Below, piece by piece: positions 38,438-50,630 of a stretch of DNA of 64,000 nucleotides. Source of the DNA: Batkoa obscura (lineage: Eukaryota); assembly GCA_030770535.1 (NCBI GenBank), contig JASVEC010000023.1, positions 372,001-436,000 on the forward strand, given 5' to 3'. Position 1 is the first letter of the stretch. Each line of letters begins with the position of its first letter. The notes below the pieces were generated by a model that saw only the letters and a program-made list of their open reading frames with translations, had not been told where the DNA came from and did no database searches. Position numbers and translations under genes: made by a program.

Positions 38438-39163
38438 TTAGAAAAACTTTAGATATAACATTGTAAAAAAGAATAAACAAGCAATATGTTTTGATTTGTA
38501 AAATGCTACCCTTTGTCTAAGACTACCTGAACATTCCTTGAACCTTTGATTCAATTTGTAATAATGAATTGATATCAATCCATAAAAGATCGGGATACAA
38601 AGTGCTATAGGATATATTATAACAAATACAACGGTAGCATAAATTTTATGCTCTATAGAGTCATGATTTTCAGTACTGGATATACATATCAATCCTGGCG
38701 GCATTAAACGCGATATTCCCATAGTTCCACTGATAGTAAAGACAAAGAATGTTAATAAAATAATTACTATTGATAAAAACTTGACCTTTATGTTGCTGAT
38801 AGTAAATGACTTAACAATTGTTAAATAACGAACTATGGATAATTGAGCAGATAAAGCAATGGCTACAATAACAGTACTACTATTAAGTATTGAGCTAAAA
38901 GAACAATATGTACTCTCTTGATATTCTAATGGAGTCATAGATAAATTCCATTTAGCTACTAAGTTTATATCCAATGATATTGAGAATAATACATCAAATA
39001 TAGCTATACATGTTATTAAATAAATATCTATCGCTTTTTCTTTTGATAATTTGGCATTTACTATATAAATCACAACAATGTTTAATATAATGGCAAAGAT
39101 AGAGTATATAAACATGACTATTTCGAAGGGAAGGGAGTAGCTATATTCTTTGGGTATGTACAT
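38438..39163 (-). pseudogene. 3'-truncated GPCR copy (ends in TM6, lacks TM7)
   Basis: 38449-39163 is nearly identical to 36460-37174, then unrelated sequence and a stop follow. Confidence 0.8.
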
Positions 39164-39745
39164 GTGACTTATTTTTCTATTGAAAAATCAAAATAAAATA
39201 ATATAAAAGGTATAAAGGCCTGTTGATTTATCTATATTTATGCAATAGTTCCTTATAAGTAGCTTTAGTCTTTTTTTGGAAAAATCAAATGATTTTAGAG
39301 ATTTACGAAGCCTTTTATACTAATCCTAGGCATTATAGACAGCTTAAATAGCTTTGAGCCTTTTTATTAGTTTATTAAACTTTAGTTCTTTTTCATCATT
39401 TACTTTGTAAATTTTATTAATCTCAAGCTAGACTGAAATCTAACTTAATTCTCAATAATGTTTGTATAAATATACACAAGGTATAATTTGAGTGAGTATA
39501 GGATCATTGTAATATATTCTATTAAAAATCTTAAACAGATTGTGTTTTATATAACTCATCTTCTCTTTTCTTCTTTTTAATATGGTATAACCTTAAATCG
39601 CATATCGTATTGACAATAAAGATTATTAAAAATTGATGAAAAGCCATTGCTTTACAGTTTGAAATTAATAAAATTTTATGATGGTAAGCCTAATATGACA
39701 TTTTTGTTTATGGTTTGATTTAGTAATTGATTTAAACCTTTATAT

Positions 39746-39840
39746 GGTGATGTTTTTTTGACTTCATTACTTTTTCTATCTTTAAGCGCTGTTTGAGTGG
39801 AAAAATTGGTGGTAAAATTCTTAAATACAAATACATCCCC
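39746..39840. mobile_element. Sola2-related MITE with ATAT TSD
   Basis: atat|ggtgatg...acatcccc|atat. Confidence 0.88.
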
Positions 39841-40010
39841 ATATCTTTTCTTTTATATTTCATTAAATATTTAACTTCTGATCTTTCCATCATAAACGAA
39901 ACTTTAGCTATTTCTCAACCAAAAAGAATATGATAAATCAACCAATCATAGTTTACTCTTAGTAATAAAACGAAAAAATCCCATGAAATGCCTCCTAAAC
40001 ATTTTTTACC

Positions 40011-41465
40011 ATGAGTGATGATAAAAAGATAGTAGCTAAGATCGAAGTAATAGAAAAAGAGAAGCATATAGATGGTCCTATCTTAGGTAATTTAATTAAA
40101 ATATAACATTTCAATAGGAAAGTTTAAAAAAATTAATAATCCATTTAGCTGATTTTCGTGGTAGAATACGAAATGATACTACATTCCAAGGATATACAGC
40201 AGATAAAACAGTGCATGAGAATATTAAATATCCAAAGTATGTATTACGTGGACAAAGCGACAGCATGATTTATCAATGCACAGAAAAAGAAGAAGAGGGT
40301 AGTCGATATTTACTTGGAGTTTATAATAAAAAAGAAAAGAAATTAAAGTTAATATCTTGCCAAGAAATGGAAGCTCAACAAAGACCAGTTAATCTATTAA
40401 ATTTGAGTTCCATTCAAGAAAATGAAAACTTTAAAGCTGGAAACTTATTTCAAGATTTTGGTAATAGAAAGATCAAAACTCAACTTTCTAATAGATTGAA
40501 GAATGTGGTTCAAGTTGATTTAATTAAAGATGCTTCAGCTTCAATTCAAGCTGCTATTGAAAATAAAGTTGAAGTTAAAGATGAAGATGAAAAAGGTGAG
40601 TTCTAATTATTATTATATTAAAAAGGTATACTAACTATAGAATAATTAGCCGAGAGTTCTGAATTTGCCTCTTTATTACCTTATTATGATTCTACTACTA
40701 CCAAACTTCAATTTGTTTATCCATTAGCTCGTATGATTGATATTGAATTATTAAATTCAATTGATATTGGAAGTATTGATACCATGAGTGAAGAAGAATG
40801 TAGTAAGATTATTAAAACTAAAAATAGTGGGTTTTTAAAGTTTCGTGTTAATGATATATTTAGTGCAGGAATGGAATATGATAAAGAAGCACTCAAATAT
40901 GTATTATATATCGATTATTTAATGAGCATTTATAGCAATAAAAAAATGCAAAAAGCCGAAAATGCTAATGTATTTAAAACATTATTTGATGGGTTTACGA
41001 TTCAACCATCACTTCAATTATTACAATTTATATTAGATACTTTTGCAGAAAAGATTACGGATATCCATGGTACACCCAATTATTTTATTTCTTCAAAATC
41101 AAAGCTGAAGATTGCTATTCATTGTCTTATCCTTTGTTTACACTTTAATGATTATGATTTCCCATTAGAAGAATTTGCTAAACAATTTGATGTTAAACCA
41201 TTAAGGTATGTTTAATTTTTTAACTTTTTAAAACAGAAATAACAATTTTCTTTTTTTTAGGGCTCGTATGATTGCACGTGGTATTGGATGTGTTATGGTA
41301 CCAAATCTTAAAGATAGTAAAAAGACAGCCCATGCTAAAGCAGCGTTTAAACACTATAAGAGTAGAGATGAAAAAAATTACATTACTTTACATGCTCCAC
41401 TTAAATTGGCTGCTCATCAAAAAAATGTTAGCAAAAAAATCAAATTTACTCAGCTAAAATTTTAG
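40011..41465 (+). CDS. RPA49: RNA polymerase I subunit A49-like (spliced)
   Basis: YLLGVYNKKEKKLKL, LFQDFG..K, LLPYYD, KLKIAIHCLILCLH, ARGIGC..L.APL. Three short introns. Confidence 0.75.
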
Positions 41466-41861
41466 TTGATTTTATTAAATTATAGAAATATTATCATCTT
41501 TCTTATACTTGAACTTTTTTATTTTATAAATTATTATTAATAATTTTCTCATATTGTTTTTTATTGTAACTCAATTTGTTTAATACTAGTTATCAAAATA
41601 TTACAATTATATACAATATTTTTGATAAAATATTTGTCATCTCAGGTTTTAAATCTTAAAAATTTATCTGTGAAGATTCCCAAAAAGTGTAATTATAATT
41701 TTAGATTATATCTCTACGTTTCTAGCGAGATCTTTATTAGTTTTACACTCTAGCTTAAAATTCATAGAATTTTATATTGAGTAAAGTATGAACTAAATAA
41801 GATATTAATTTATTTTAACTAATTCCGATTTTAATTTCTATTATTTAACATATCAGTATAC

Positions 41862-41956
41862 GGTGATGTTTTTTGATTTCATTACTTTTACGTTCTTTAA
41901 GCGCTATTTGAGTGGAAAGATTGTTAGTAAAATCCCTAAGCAAAAAATACATCCCC
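41862..41956. mobile_element. Sola2-related MITE with ATAC TSD
   Basis: atac|ggtgatg...acatcccc|atac. Confidence 0.88.
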
Positions 41957-43076
41957 ATACTTTGATGCTTCAATCCCAATAAAAAGGCATGTTAAATAGT
42001 TGGAATACACATAAGAGCATAAGCAAATTAAATAAAACCTGGGTATAACTCTATTATCTATTGGTTAAAATTTAACTATTACTAGGTATAAGCTTATCGT
42101 CATACTAAATACTATTAATAGCACTTGAACACGGAGCTTATAAATAAAAACTTTGATCATCGTTTTATATTTATAATAAAACTCCTTCCCTAATGATGCC
42201 TAGTATTATCTTTTATCTAAAACTCGGTTGCTAATTCGTAGCCATCTAAAGTACTTGAAATTTGACTTCTACAAAACAAATTTCAGGTTAAATAAAGAAT
42301 GCTATTAAATCCTGTATTTTTGATCTAAAATCATAGGAATTCAGCTTAATAAAATTATATCTAAACAATCAAAGAGCATCAAAATAAAATAAATGGTCGC
42401 TGCTTTTCCTATTCAAAACTTAAAACCTTTTAATAAAACCAAAAGTGCTCTTTTGCTAAAATTAAGTTCCAGTTACTCATTAGTGAAAAATAGTGTAAAG
42501 GTATTAGGGTTAAGGATGAAAAAGAGCCATGCCATTTCAACGTATACAAAGCCCATTTGATTTTATTGTGGATTCGATTCATAGTTATGAAATTGCCACT
42601 TTCTCATATCATTGATTACAACAATTTAGTTTCAAGTTTACCATGGTTCTAAATGTGCTCAGAAATATAACCTAAGATTAAAATAGGAGTAGACCAACGG
42701 TATGAATAGTTCAATATCTTATATTTAAATAACTGCATCAAAGTCATTAAAGTTAATAGAGCTATATTTCACCAACTTTTTATTCCTAAAAATTCATAAA
42801 CAGTAATATTTGCTAAAATTGTCATTAAATTTTGTTAATTTACTTTACAGCATTAGAATAGTTAATATAAGTAAATTTTGAATTATATTACAAAATTTGA
42901 TTATGAAGTAATTTCTGTCAATAGAAATTATTAGAAGTAATACATTATTTGTATTGATAGCACAAGGTAGACAAAAAGGCTAAATTGAGGTTATTTTAGT
43001 TAATATTACGAGCCTTTTTTTTAATCAGACCTATGTTTCACTTTTTAATCTGAATGATTCTTCAAAATTGTTATAT

Positions 43077-43800
43077 GGTGGCGATATTTTTTTAGCTTCA
43101 TCACTTTTTCGATCTTTTAAGTGTTATTTGAGCAGAAAAATTGGTAGTAAAATTCTTAGACACAAAATACATCCTCATATTATCATTTTATTTTTTTAAT
43201 AATTAACCTATGCCATATATCATTAACATAGGCTTTCCATAATATGGGGATGTTTCTTTCAGTTTCATTACTTTTCCATTTTTTAAGCACTATTTGAGTA
43301 GAAAAATTACTAGTAAAATCCTTAAGCAAAAAAACACATCCCCATATAGACAATAAAATATAGACAAATGGTTATGTTTTAATACAAACTAATTTCTTTA
43401 TTTAACCTTTATCTTTTTTTAATATCCTTTTATTATGATTTTAAATTTAGCTTTTTACTTTTTATTTTACTTCCTTTATTTATAATAAATACTATATTAT
43501 TATTTAACTTTGTATTGTTTTATTATATTAATAAATTTACTCATTATGGATTGACTATATTATATATAATATTCTTTTTTATAGCAAACGCTATTCTTTA
43601 TTATATAGGGGTGTTTTTTTGGTTTCATTACTTTTCTGTTTCTTAAGTGCTATTTGGGTGGAAAAATGGTTGGTAGAAATCTTTAAAAAAAACACATCCT
43701 TATATAAGGGTTAGAAGCTAATAAAATCACATCTATAATAAGAATTTTTTTGTTTCATCACTTTCTCTATATTTCAAGCGCTATTTGAGTAAAAAATTCT
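43077..43800. mobile_element. Four same-orientation MITE copies (near 43077, 43246-43343 with ATAT TSD, 43607, 43741 partial)
   Basis: Family consensus repeated. Confidence 0.82.
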
Positions 43801-43842
43801 TAAAAGACATGTCCAAATGAATTAAATCATTAATTTTATTGT

Positions 43843-44115
43843 AATTACAAATTTGATTTAATTTTGTTATTATTTTTAAAGCTGTCAGATGGCACACATC
43901 TCCATGTCAAGCTCTGGAATATGAACTGACAAGATCATCAACTTTTACTATAACATGAAGTTAAAGTAAACCCTTCCCTCTTTAGAGACCGTGCTAACCA
44001 TCATCAACCAACCTTATGAAGTTTTCAATGTTGTTAAACATTGTTACGAAATATACTAAACATGTGATCCTGTAAAGTACAGTCGATAAGGTTTATTAAA
44101 GAAGGTGCATGGTAC
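43843..44115 (+). repeat. ~272-bp segment present three times (also 51259-51529 minus and 59163-59433 plus); possibly a decayed retroelement fragment
   Basis: Near-identical gctgtcagatggcacacatc...gaaggtgcatggtac. The sequence looks coding-like but is broken by stops. Confidence 0.85.
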
Positions 44116-45158
44116 ATTATACATCTCTTGATTTTAGGGCTTGTGGGATCCTTTGCTCTAACAAAGCTTTTTATAACCAATCAAAATGGGTAGCTGAGTT
44201 TTGATTTTGAAACTCTCCATTTTTAGTAAATTGCTTTGAGATTTTTCAAGTCAATGAGTATTATTACAACTGCTGCAACTCTTATTGCAGCTTAATTAAT
44301 CGCTCATTCAAAAGTCACGTTTTGGTAAAACCAGGACTAAATATCAAGGGTAGATTTTAAAAAATCAATCAAATAACTAGCTTCAAGAGACCACCACAAA
44401 TTAGGTCGTAAGAAAGCCGAAGCAAATATGAAACTTAATTATTGAGATATTAAGATTTTTTATAGCTTTAATAATATAGTTTAACTAATTTTTCTAATTC
44501 TCTGGTGCAATTTCATCTTCTATTTTTTCCATCAAGTTGACTATAATATCTTTGTTTTAAAAATTTTCTTTATGTAATTTTTTGACTTTTTAAATATCAA
44601 CTTAATTAAAATAGGAGTATAGAAAGGTATAGATTAATTTTGTAAATCATATCATTAAAGACTATTCTATTTTATCAGCTTTATATATTTTAACATTATT
44701 TATAATAATAAGCATTAATTTCTAAGTTTAGAAAAAAAAAACTAGTAATATTGATTAAAACTATAAGATATAAATATTCGTATTTATTAGCATTAATAGC
44801 ACTGATAATTGAAAAGCTAGTAAATTTTTTTAATATGGATTTAGTATAAGCCTGCCTTTTTTTAAAAATTTGATTTATCCAAGAAATTATGCTGTAGTTA
44901 TGTTCACTTATAAAAATATAGCTATCTTTATAATTAGTTTTTTTTGATTCTGAACTTATAGTAATTTTTTGTTTTAAACCCTTTTAATAAATTAGTTGTT
45001 TTTTTTATTAAATAATAGCCAAAAAATATTTTTATAACTTTGTTTTATATTTAATTTAACATTTAAATATTGTTTCTATTTTTACTAATAATTAAAAAAG
45101 TAATTTTTATTACTAATTCTAGTGTTTTTTATTATTACAAGGTTTGTACTTATATGTA

Positions 45159-45625
45159 TGTGAAATCTGGTACTCAGCGATTGGAGTCAAAAACAGTTCT
45201 TGTTTGGTTGACTATACTGTAAGTCGAAAGATCTTAGTTTATGTGACTAAGATAGGTTTGGATTATGAATAATAGTGTGTAATAAGTTATGTACTATGTA
45301 AGACAAACAGAACAGATAGTACTACTGTAAAACTTATATAAGATACTATCAGAAAGATTTATTGGCTTTATCAGAGATACAAGGTATCAAAGAACAATCC
45401 AGTTAAGTAGCCTCGAACTACTATGTTCTAAAATCTCTTTTATACCCTGGAAAGTACAAATGCCAAAACGAGAAGATAATGGTATCCTTTGGAATGAATT
45501 TAGAAATTCTCACAGTAAATCAAAATAAGGGTACGGGATTGATTGTCTCCGAACTCAAGAACACATTAACTTAAATGATTGTTATGTTGTAATCAATCAT
45601 GGAAATGACAAAGCGATATTTCACA
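45159..45625. mobile_element. Second solo LTR-like copy
   Basis: tgtgaaatctggtactcag...gcgatatttcaca, homologous to 2549-3012. No matching TSD. Confidence 0.7.
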
Positions 45626-45698
45626 GTCAAAAATATAAAAAAATATAAAAAAATTATTTTAGTTAAATGATTAGCTATTTTTATTTAAAGTTAAAAAT

Positions 45699-48162
45699 GG
45701 GGCTGTCCTAATTGGTTTCAGAATCTACTTAGAAATTAATCCAAATTTAAAATTCCAAGTTTGTGTTCAATATAACGGTTAAATCTAAAAAGCCTAAAAT
45801 TAAATGTCTCTATTTAAAACTTATTTTAATTGTTTCCTTTTCTTAAATAGCTAATTTTCCTAACTATATATTTTATGTTAGTTCTGTTAGATATTTAACA
45901 GATATACAATATATAACTATATGATTATATAATTATATAAATACATAATTATATAAACACAGTTATTTGACTTTATTTGACTTTATTTTTTGTTGAAATA
46001 AAAATAAAATGCAAACTTTCATAACTAAACTTCGAAATGGAATTTTTGAAAACTTCAATACAATAGGGAGGAGTACACAATATAAACATTGTAATTCATT
46101 TACATCAATTTTAAGAGCTACTTATAACAACCCAAGGTTCATGGAATTTTATAATAAAACAAAACAAAGAAAAGATATATTATCAAAGTTTACTATCGAT
46201 AATAATAAACTTAATCAAGTAATGTATAAAATTAGTGCTTTAAGGGAAACAGGAAACAAAAGTCAGCAAGTAGCGTTATTATCAACTATAGCTTCAGTAT
46301 ATTCTTTTGATGAATGTAAGAGTTTTGGGTTTAATATAAATAGAAACCAATATGATTATTCAAAAACAAGTAATAATAATAAAATATCAACATTAAAACC
46401 TATTATTAAAAATACAAAAAAAATTAAAGATGACCAAATTGAAACTATTATACAATATTTACTAAATGATTCAACTATTTCATCAAGATTTAATAAAAAA
46501 AATAATGATAGTAAATATTCATCAGATAATATATATATATTAAATAAAAGTAGAAGAATGATATATAGTAAATATTTGAATGATCTAAGAGATAAAGCAG
46601 TAGCTAGGTCAACGTTCTTTAAATATATACCAAGTAATTTCAAAAATCCAGCAAGAAAAACGGATCTATGTAATATATGTACCCAGTATACAGTTAGAAA
46701 AAAGTTATTTGAAAATAAAATAAATACAGCAAAAAACAAAGCAGAGATAGAAGAAATTTTCAACGAAGAAGAAAAATTATACAAATTACATAAATTCTGT
46801 GTTGATACTCAAAAAAACACATTTAATGAAACTATCAAAAAATTAAATAACAAAAGTTGTATAATAGTTTTAGATTTTAAACAAAATATGGAAATAGGGA
46901 CAAGACCAGATTCAATAAATTTAGATCATTATAATAAACAAGCTATATCAGTATTAGGCTTTGGTGTATTATATTTAAAAGATGATAAAACAATAGGCAA
47001 AGTTTACTTGGATTATTTATCTGAAATATTGAATCATGATTCAGCATATGCAGGAGATTGTTTAATCGATTTAATCTCTACAGAGCTTCTATTTAAAAAG
47101 TTTACAAAAATTAATATATGGGCAGATACAGGAAATCATTTTAGATCCCAAGAGTTCTTACATTATATGTTTAAAGAAATTCATAAAATAAATAGTAGTT
47201 TGAATGTTAATCTTAATTTTTTTGCTGAGCATCATGGAAAAAGTATAGTTGATGGACATTTTGGAAACCTTTCAAAATGGAAAAGTAGTTTTGAAGCGTT
47301 AGGTAAAATAGAAGATATCGATCAATTAATTTCAAGATTTGAGGCTTTTATTTGTGAGCATAATAAAATTAATAACTCGACTGTTAATAATGGGAAAACA
47401 GATATAATTTTTAAAAAGTATAAAAGAAACAAAAATACAAAAAGAATAATAGAAATGCAGGGCATTAAGAAGTATTTACATTTTATTAAACATAACAATA
47501 AACTACATTGTTATCCAGTATCTGATACATCAAAAAAAAGCGATATAGTCCCAATTAAAGTTATAGAGTCTGTAGAAAACAGAAAAATTAAAAGATCGAT
47601 CCCAGCTTACCTTACAAAGATAACAGAGAATTTAAAAATTTCGATATTTACTAAGCAAGTAAGTAGTTTGTTGAATGATAGAAATAGATTGTTAAATGTT
47701 AGGATTACTTAAGTTATTAATAGCTAAGTTAATAAATAGTCAAAGAACAAGTAACTGTAATAATATGTAAAAACTATTATTACTTGTACTATCTAGGGAT
47801 GGTCAATTATAGTTTTGGGGCTGACCACTCCCTCCCATGCAGCTATTTATCAACTTGGCAATATATTAATAATGTAATTATAACATTAAAGTAGTTTATT
47901 TATTTGATAATAAATCTACGATGTTGGTTATAAAGCAGTTGATAATAAATATTTCTCAATTAAGCTTTATAAGAACATGTATTTAAGATCTAGTAGAAAT
48001 TCAACTAACTTACAGTATGAGCTATAATAGAATGGTTTAGAACTGTGTTTGGGTACTTTTGTTTTAATAAAAGATGTGATTTTATAGAATTTTAAGCGAA
48101 GTTTTTAAAATACAAATTTTTTTAAAATTGGATAAAATAATGAAACTAATTCAGACAACCCC
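45699..48162 (+). mobile_element. Autonomous Sola2-type DNA transposon, copy 1 (2464 bp, TSD AAAT)
   Basis: Imperfect 22-bp TIRs (GGGGCTGTCCTAATTGGTTTCA / revcomp GGGGTTGTCTGAATTAGTTTCA) and aaat on both flanks. Confidence 0.88.
46009..47712 (+). CDS. DDD transposase, Sola2-like
   Basis: CxxC motif, VLDFKQN, IWADTGNHFRS and FFAEHHGKSIVDGHFG match the DF.EN / SD / HGK...DG pattern. Confidence 0.85.
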   Translation: MQTFITKLRNGIFENFNTIGRSTQYKHCNSFTSILRATYNNPRFMEFYNKTKQRKDILSKFTIDNNKLNQVMYKISALRETGNKSQQVALLSTIASVYSFDECKSFGFNINRNQYDYSKTSNNNKISTLKPIIKNTKKIKDDQIETIIQYLLNDSTISSRFNKKNNDSKYSSDNIYILNKSRRMIYSKYLNDLRDKAVARSTFFKYIPSNFKNPARKTDLCNICTQYTVRKKLFENKINTAKNKAEIEEIFNEEEKLYKLHKFCVDTQKNTFNETIKKLNNKSCIIVLDFKQNMEIGTRPDSINLDHYNKQAISVLGFGVLYLKDDKTIGKVYLDYLSEILNHDSAYAGDCLIDLISTELLFKKFTKINIWADTGNHFRSQEFLHYMFKEIHKINSSLNVNLNFFAEHHGKSIVDGHFGNLSKWKSSFEALGKIEDIDQLISRFEAFICEHNKINNSTVNNGKTDIIFKKYKRNKNTKRIIEMQGIKKYLHFIKHNNKLHCYPVSDTSKKSDIVPIKVIESVENRKIKRSIPAYLTKITENLKISIFTKQVSSLLNDRNRLLNVRIT

Positions 48163-48185
48163 AAATAGAAAAATGGTGTTGATAT

Positions 48186-48284
48186 GGGGGTGTTTTTTTT
48201 GGCTTCATTACTTTTTCTATCTTTTAAGCGCTATTTGAGTGGAAAAGTTGTTAGCAAAATTCTTAAACATAAAAATACATCCCC
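48186..48284. mobile_element. Sola2-related MITE with ATAT TSD
   Basis: atat|gggggtgt...acatcccc|atat. Confidence 0.9.
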
Positions 48285-48935
48285 ATATGGTTATTTTTTT
48301 GCTTTTTGTTTGAGTTTTATAATAGTTTTTTAAATATGTAGTTTTACTTTTTTAATTATGTTTATTTGTTTGATGTTTTTATATTATCAAAAACTTTATA
48401 AAAAATAGATAGTTTTAAATAAAATCTATAAAGCTGCTTACTAATTTTTATATTGGTTTTCGAAAATAATTATATTATCAAATTATTCATCTTTAAAAAG
48501 CGTTAAACTATATATAACAGCAACCTTAAAAAACACCTTTTTGCTGAATTTTTTTAATCTTTATATATGGTAAACTTTGATCTAACTAAATAAATATAAA
48601 TATTTTTAATTTATATTTTATTACTTTTAAAAATGTTTTGAAATTTTTTAAATATTAAATTATTAATTCTTATAAAGCTATTGAGTAATTAAAAAATCAT
48701 AAAGTTATTAAAGAATTTTTTAAACAACCCCATACTAACAAACATAGACATTTTAACGAAAAAGATACTATAAACATAGAAATAATACTAAATAAAAGTA
48801 AATTTTACAATTATTTAATCAAGTATGAGGTAGATAATATCAAAAAATAATATAACATTTATTTCAAAATTAGATAAACATTACAAACTATTTTGATTAT
48901 AATTATATAGTCTTATAAAGGGACTCGAATTTCTA

Positions 48936-49100
48936 CTAATATTGAGCAGGTGGACTAGGGATAGCTTCAGCAGAAGGAGGACTAGCTATAGCATTATCAG
49001 ATGGAGGACTAGCAATAGCATTTTCAGATGGAGGACTAGCAATAGCAGCACTAGCTGAAGCAATACATAATGCGGACAAGAGAGTGGTGGTGAATTTCAT
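48936..49100 (-). CDS. 54-aa secreted repeat-peptide precursor, copy A
   Basis: MKFTTTLLSALCIASASA-AIASPPSEN-AIASPPSDN-AIASPPSAE-AIPSPPAQY. Higher GC than the flanks. Confidence 0.85.
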   Translation of the reverse strand: MKFTTTLLSALCIASASAAIASPPSENAIASPPSDNAIASPPSAEAIPSPPAQY

Positions 49101-50406
49101 TATTGTTTATGTTTATAGATTGTTTATATTCATTATAGATTGCTTTTGACCCTTTTATACTTATTAGTAGACATTAACTTTATATATGTAAGAAGCTTAG
49201 TTAAACATATATATTATGTTTAACATTAAGCTGTAACTTATGTCTTTTAACATGATGTATCATAAGACAAATTATTTCAACTTGAGAACTAATGCTGACA
49301 AATATGAATTCAATTTTGGCTAATAATGTTTGTAACATTCTTTGCTATATCCTCTAAAGGGAAGTTCCTTCGAAATACTTTAACAAAAACTCAATGAAAC
49401 GTCACTATATTTATAGTATTTGATATTTTCTCAAAAGAATTTTCTTTATGACTTTGAATAGATAATGCAGGTTATATAACAGCTATTTTTTTGATCACAA
49501 GTATCTTTTAATCTAGTTCATAGAAAAGAATACACGAAATTCAAGTATTTTATTGAATCAATTCTCTAGAATCGGTAATGTTCTAAATAAAGGTTTTACA
49601 ATTATTTCAATTCAACTATTTCTTTGAAAATTTTAGGATTTATTGAATGTTGGTTATAATTAGCACCACTCGTCAATAATACCATGATACTCTTCTCAGA
49701 CTACATAGTATTCACAATCTAGTAACTGTGTAGTTTTTATAGCCTTTCTTCTATAATGAATGGTTTTTGAATTTTTGAACTAAAAAATATAAAGTTAATA
49801 TTTTTAAATGTAACTTTCTATATAAGTACCTGAAGCTTATTAAACGTACAAGATTCAATAAACAATCAAAAATAAAGATTTTCGTTTGTTTATATATTTA
49901 GTAATTCTGGATAATGACCAACTAATGAAATTAATTTAACCGTTTTTTAAAAATAAAATGAAATGTACTAATTTTGTTTGGATATTAATAAGTGGCTTGA
50001 GCTAAGTAAAACTTGTGTCGAATTTCATAATTAATTGATGCATTGAAATAGGCATTACACTACAGGAAGTCTAGTAAATAACGCTAGACTATAGGTCCCA
50101 ATGTCCTAAACTCGAGTTTGATTCAAAAACTCTTATAAATATTAGTAACTAATTAACATAATGACGTTTCATTGAGTTTTTGTTAAAGTATTTCGAAGGA
50201 ACTTCCCTTTAGAGGATATAGCAAAGAATGTTACAAACATTATTAGCCAAAATTGAATTCATATTTGTCAGCATTAGTTCTCAAGTTGAAATAATTTGTC
50301 TTATGATACATCATGTTAAAAGACATAAGTTACAGCTTAATGTTAAACATAATATATATGTTTAACTAAGCTTCTTACATATATAAAGTTAATGTCTACT
50401 AATAAG

Positions 50407-50414
50407 TATAAAAG
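50407..50414 (+). promoter_or_regulatory. Putative TATA box of the peptide precursor gene
   Basis: TATAAAAG about 50 bp before the ATG, followed by an A-rich leader. Present in all three copies. Confidence 0.5.
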
Positions 50415-50465
50415 GGTCAAAAGCAATCTATAATGAATATAAACAATCTATAAACATAAACAATA

Positions 50466-50630
50466 ATGAAATTCACCACCACTCTCTTGTCCGCATTATG
50501 TATTGCTTCAGCTAGTGCTGCTATTGCTAGTCCTCCATCTGAAAATGCTATTGCTAGTCCTCCATCTGATAATGCTATAGCTAGTCCTCCTTCTGCTGAA
50601 GCTATCCCTAGTCCACCTGCTCAATATTAG
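50466..50630 (+). CDS. 54-aa secreted repeat-peptide precursor, copy B
   Basis: Identical to copy A, arranged head-to-head with it. Confidence 0.85.
   Translation: MKFTTTLLSALCIASASAAIASPPSENAIASPPSDNAIASPPSAEAIPSPPAQY

Noticed and set aside
43077..43800. CRISPR-like array of repeats
   Set aside because: The repeats are ~95-bp MITEs with TSDs and irregular spacing. The context is eukaryotic and no cas genes are present.
46356..46784. 142-aa antisense ORF (also 57045-57473) and other short antisense ORFs over genes
   Set aside because: Shadow frames of AT-rich coding sequence with no independent signal.
46009..47712. Fanzor/TnpB or other RNA-guided nuclease
   Set aside because: The motifs fit a DDD transposase with TIRs and TSDs. 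I saw no RuvC I-III plus C-terminal Zn-finger layout.
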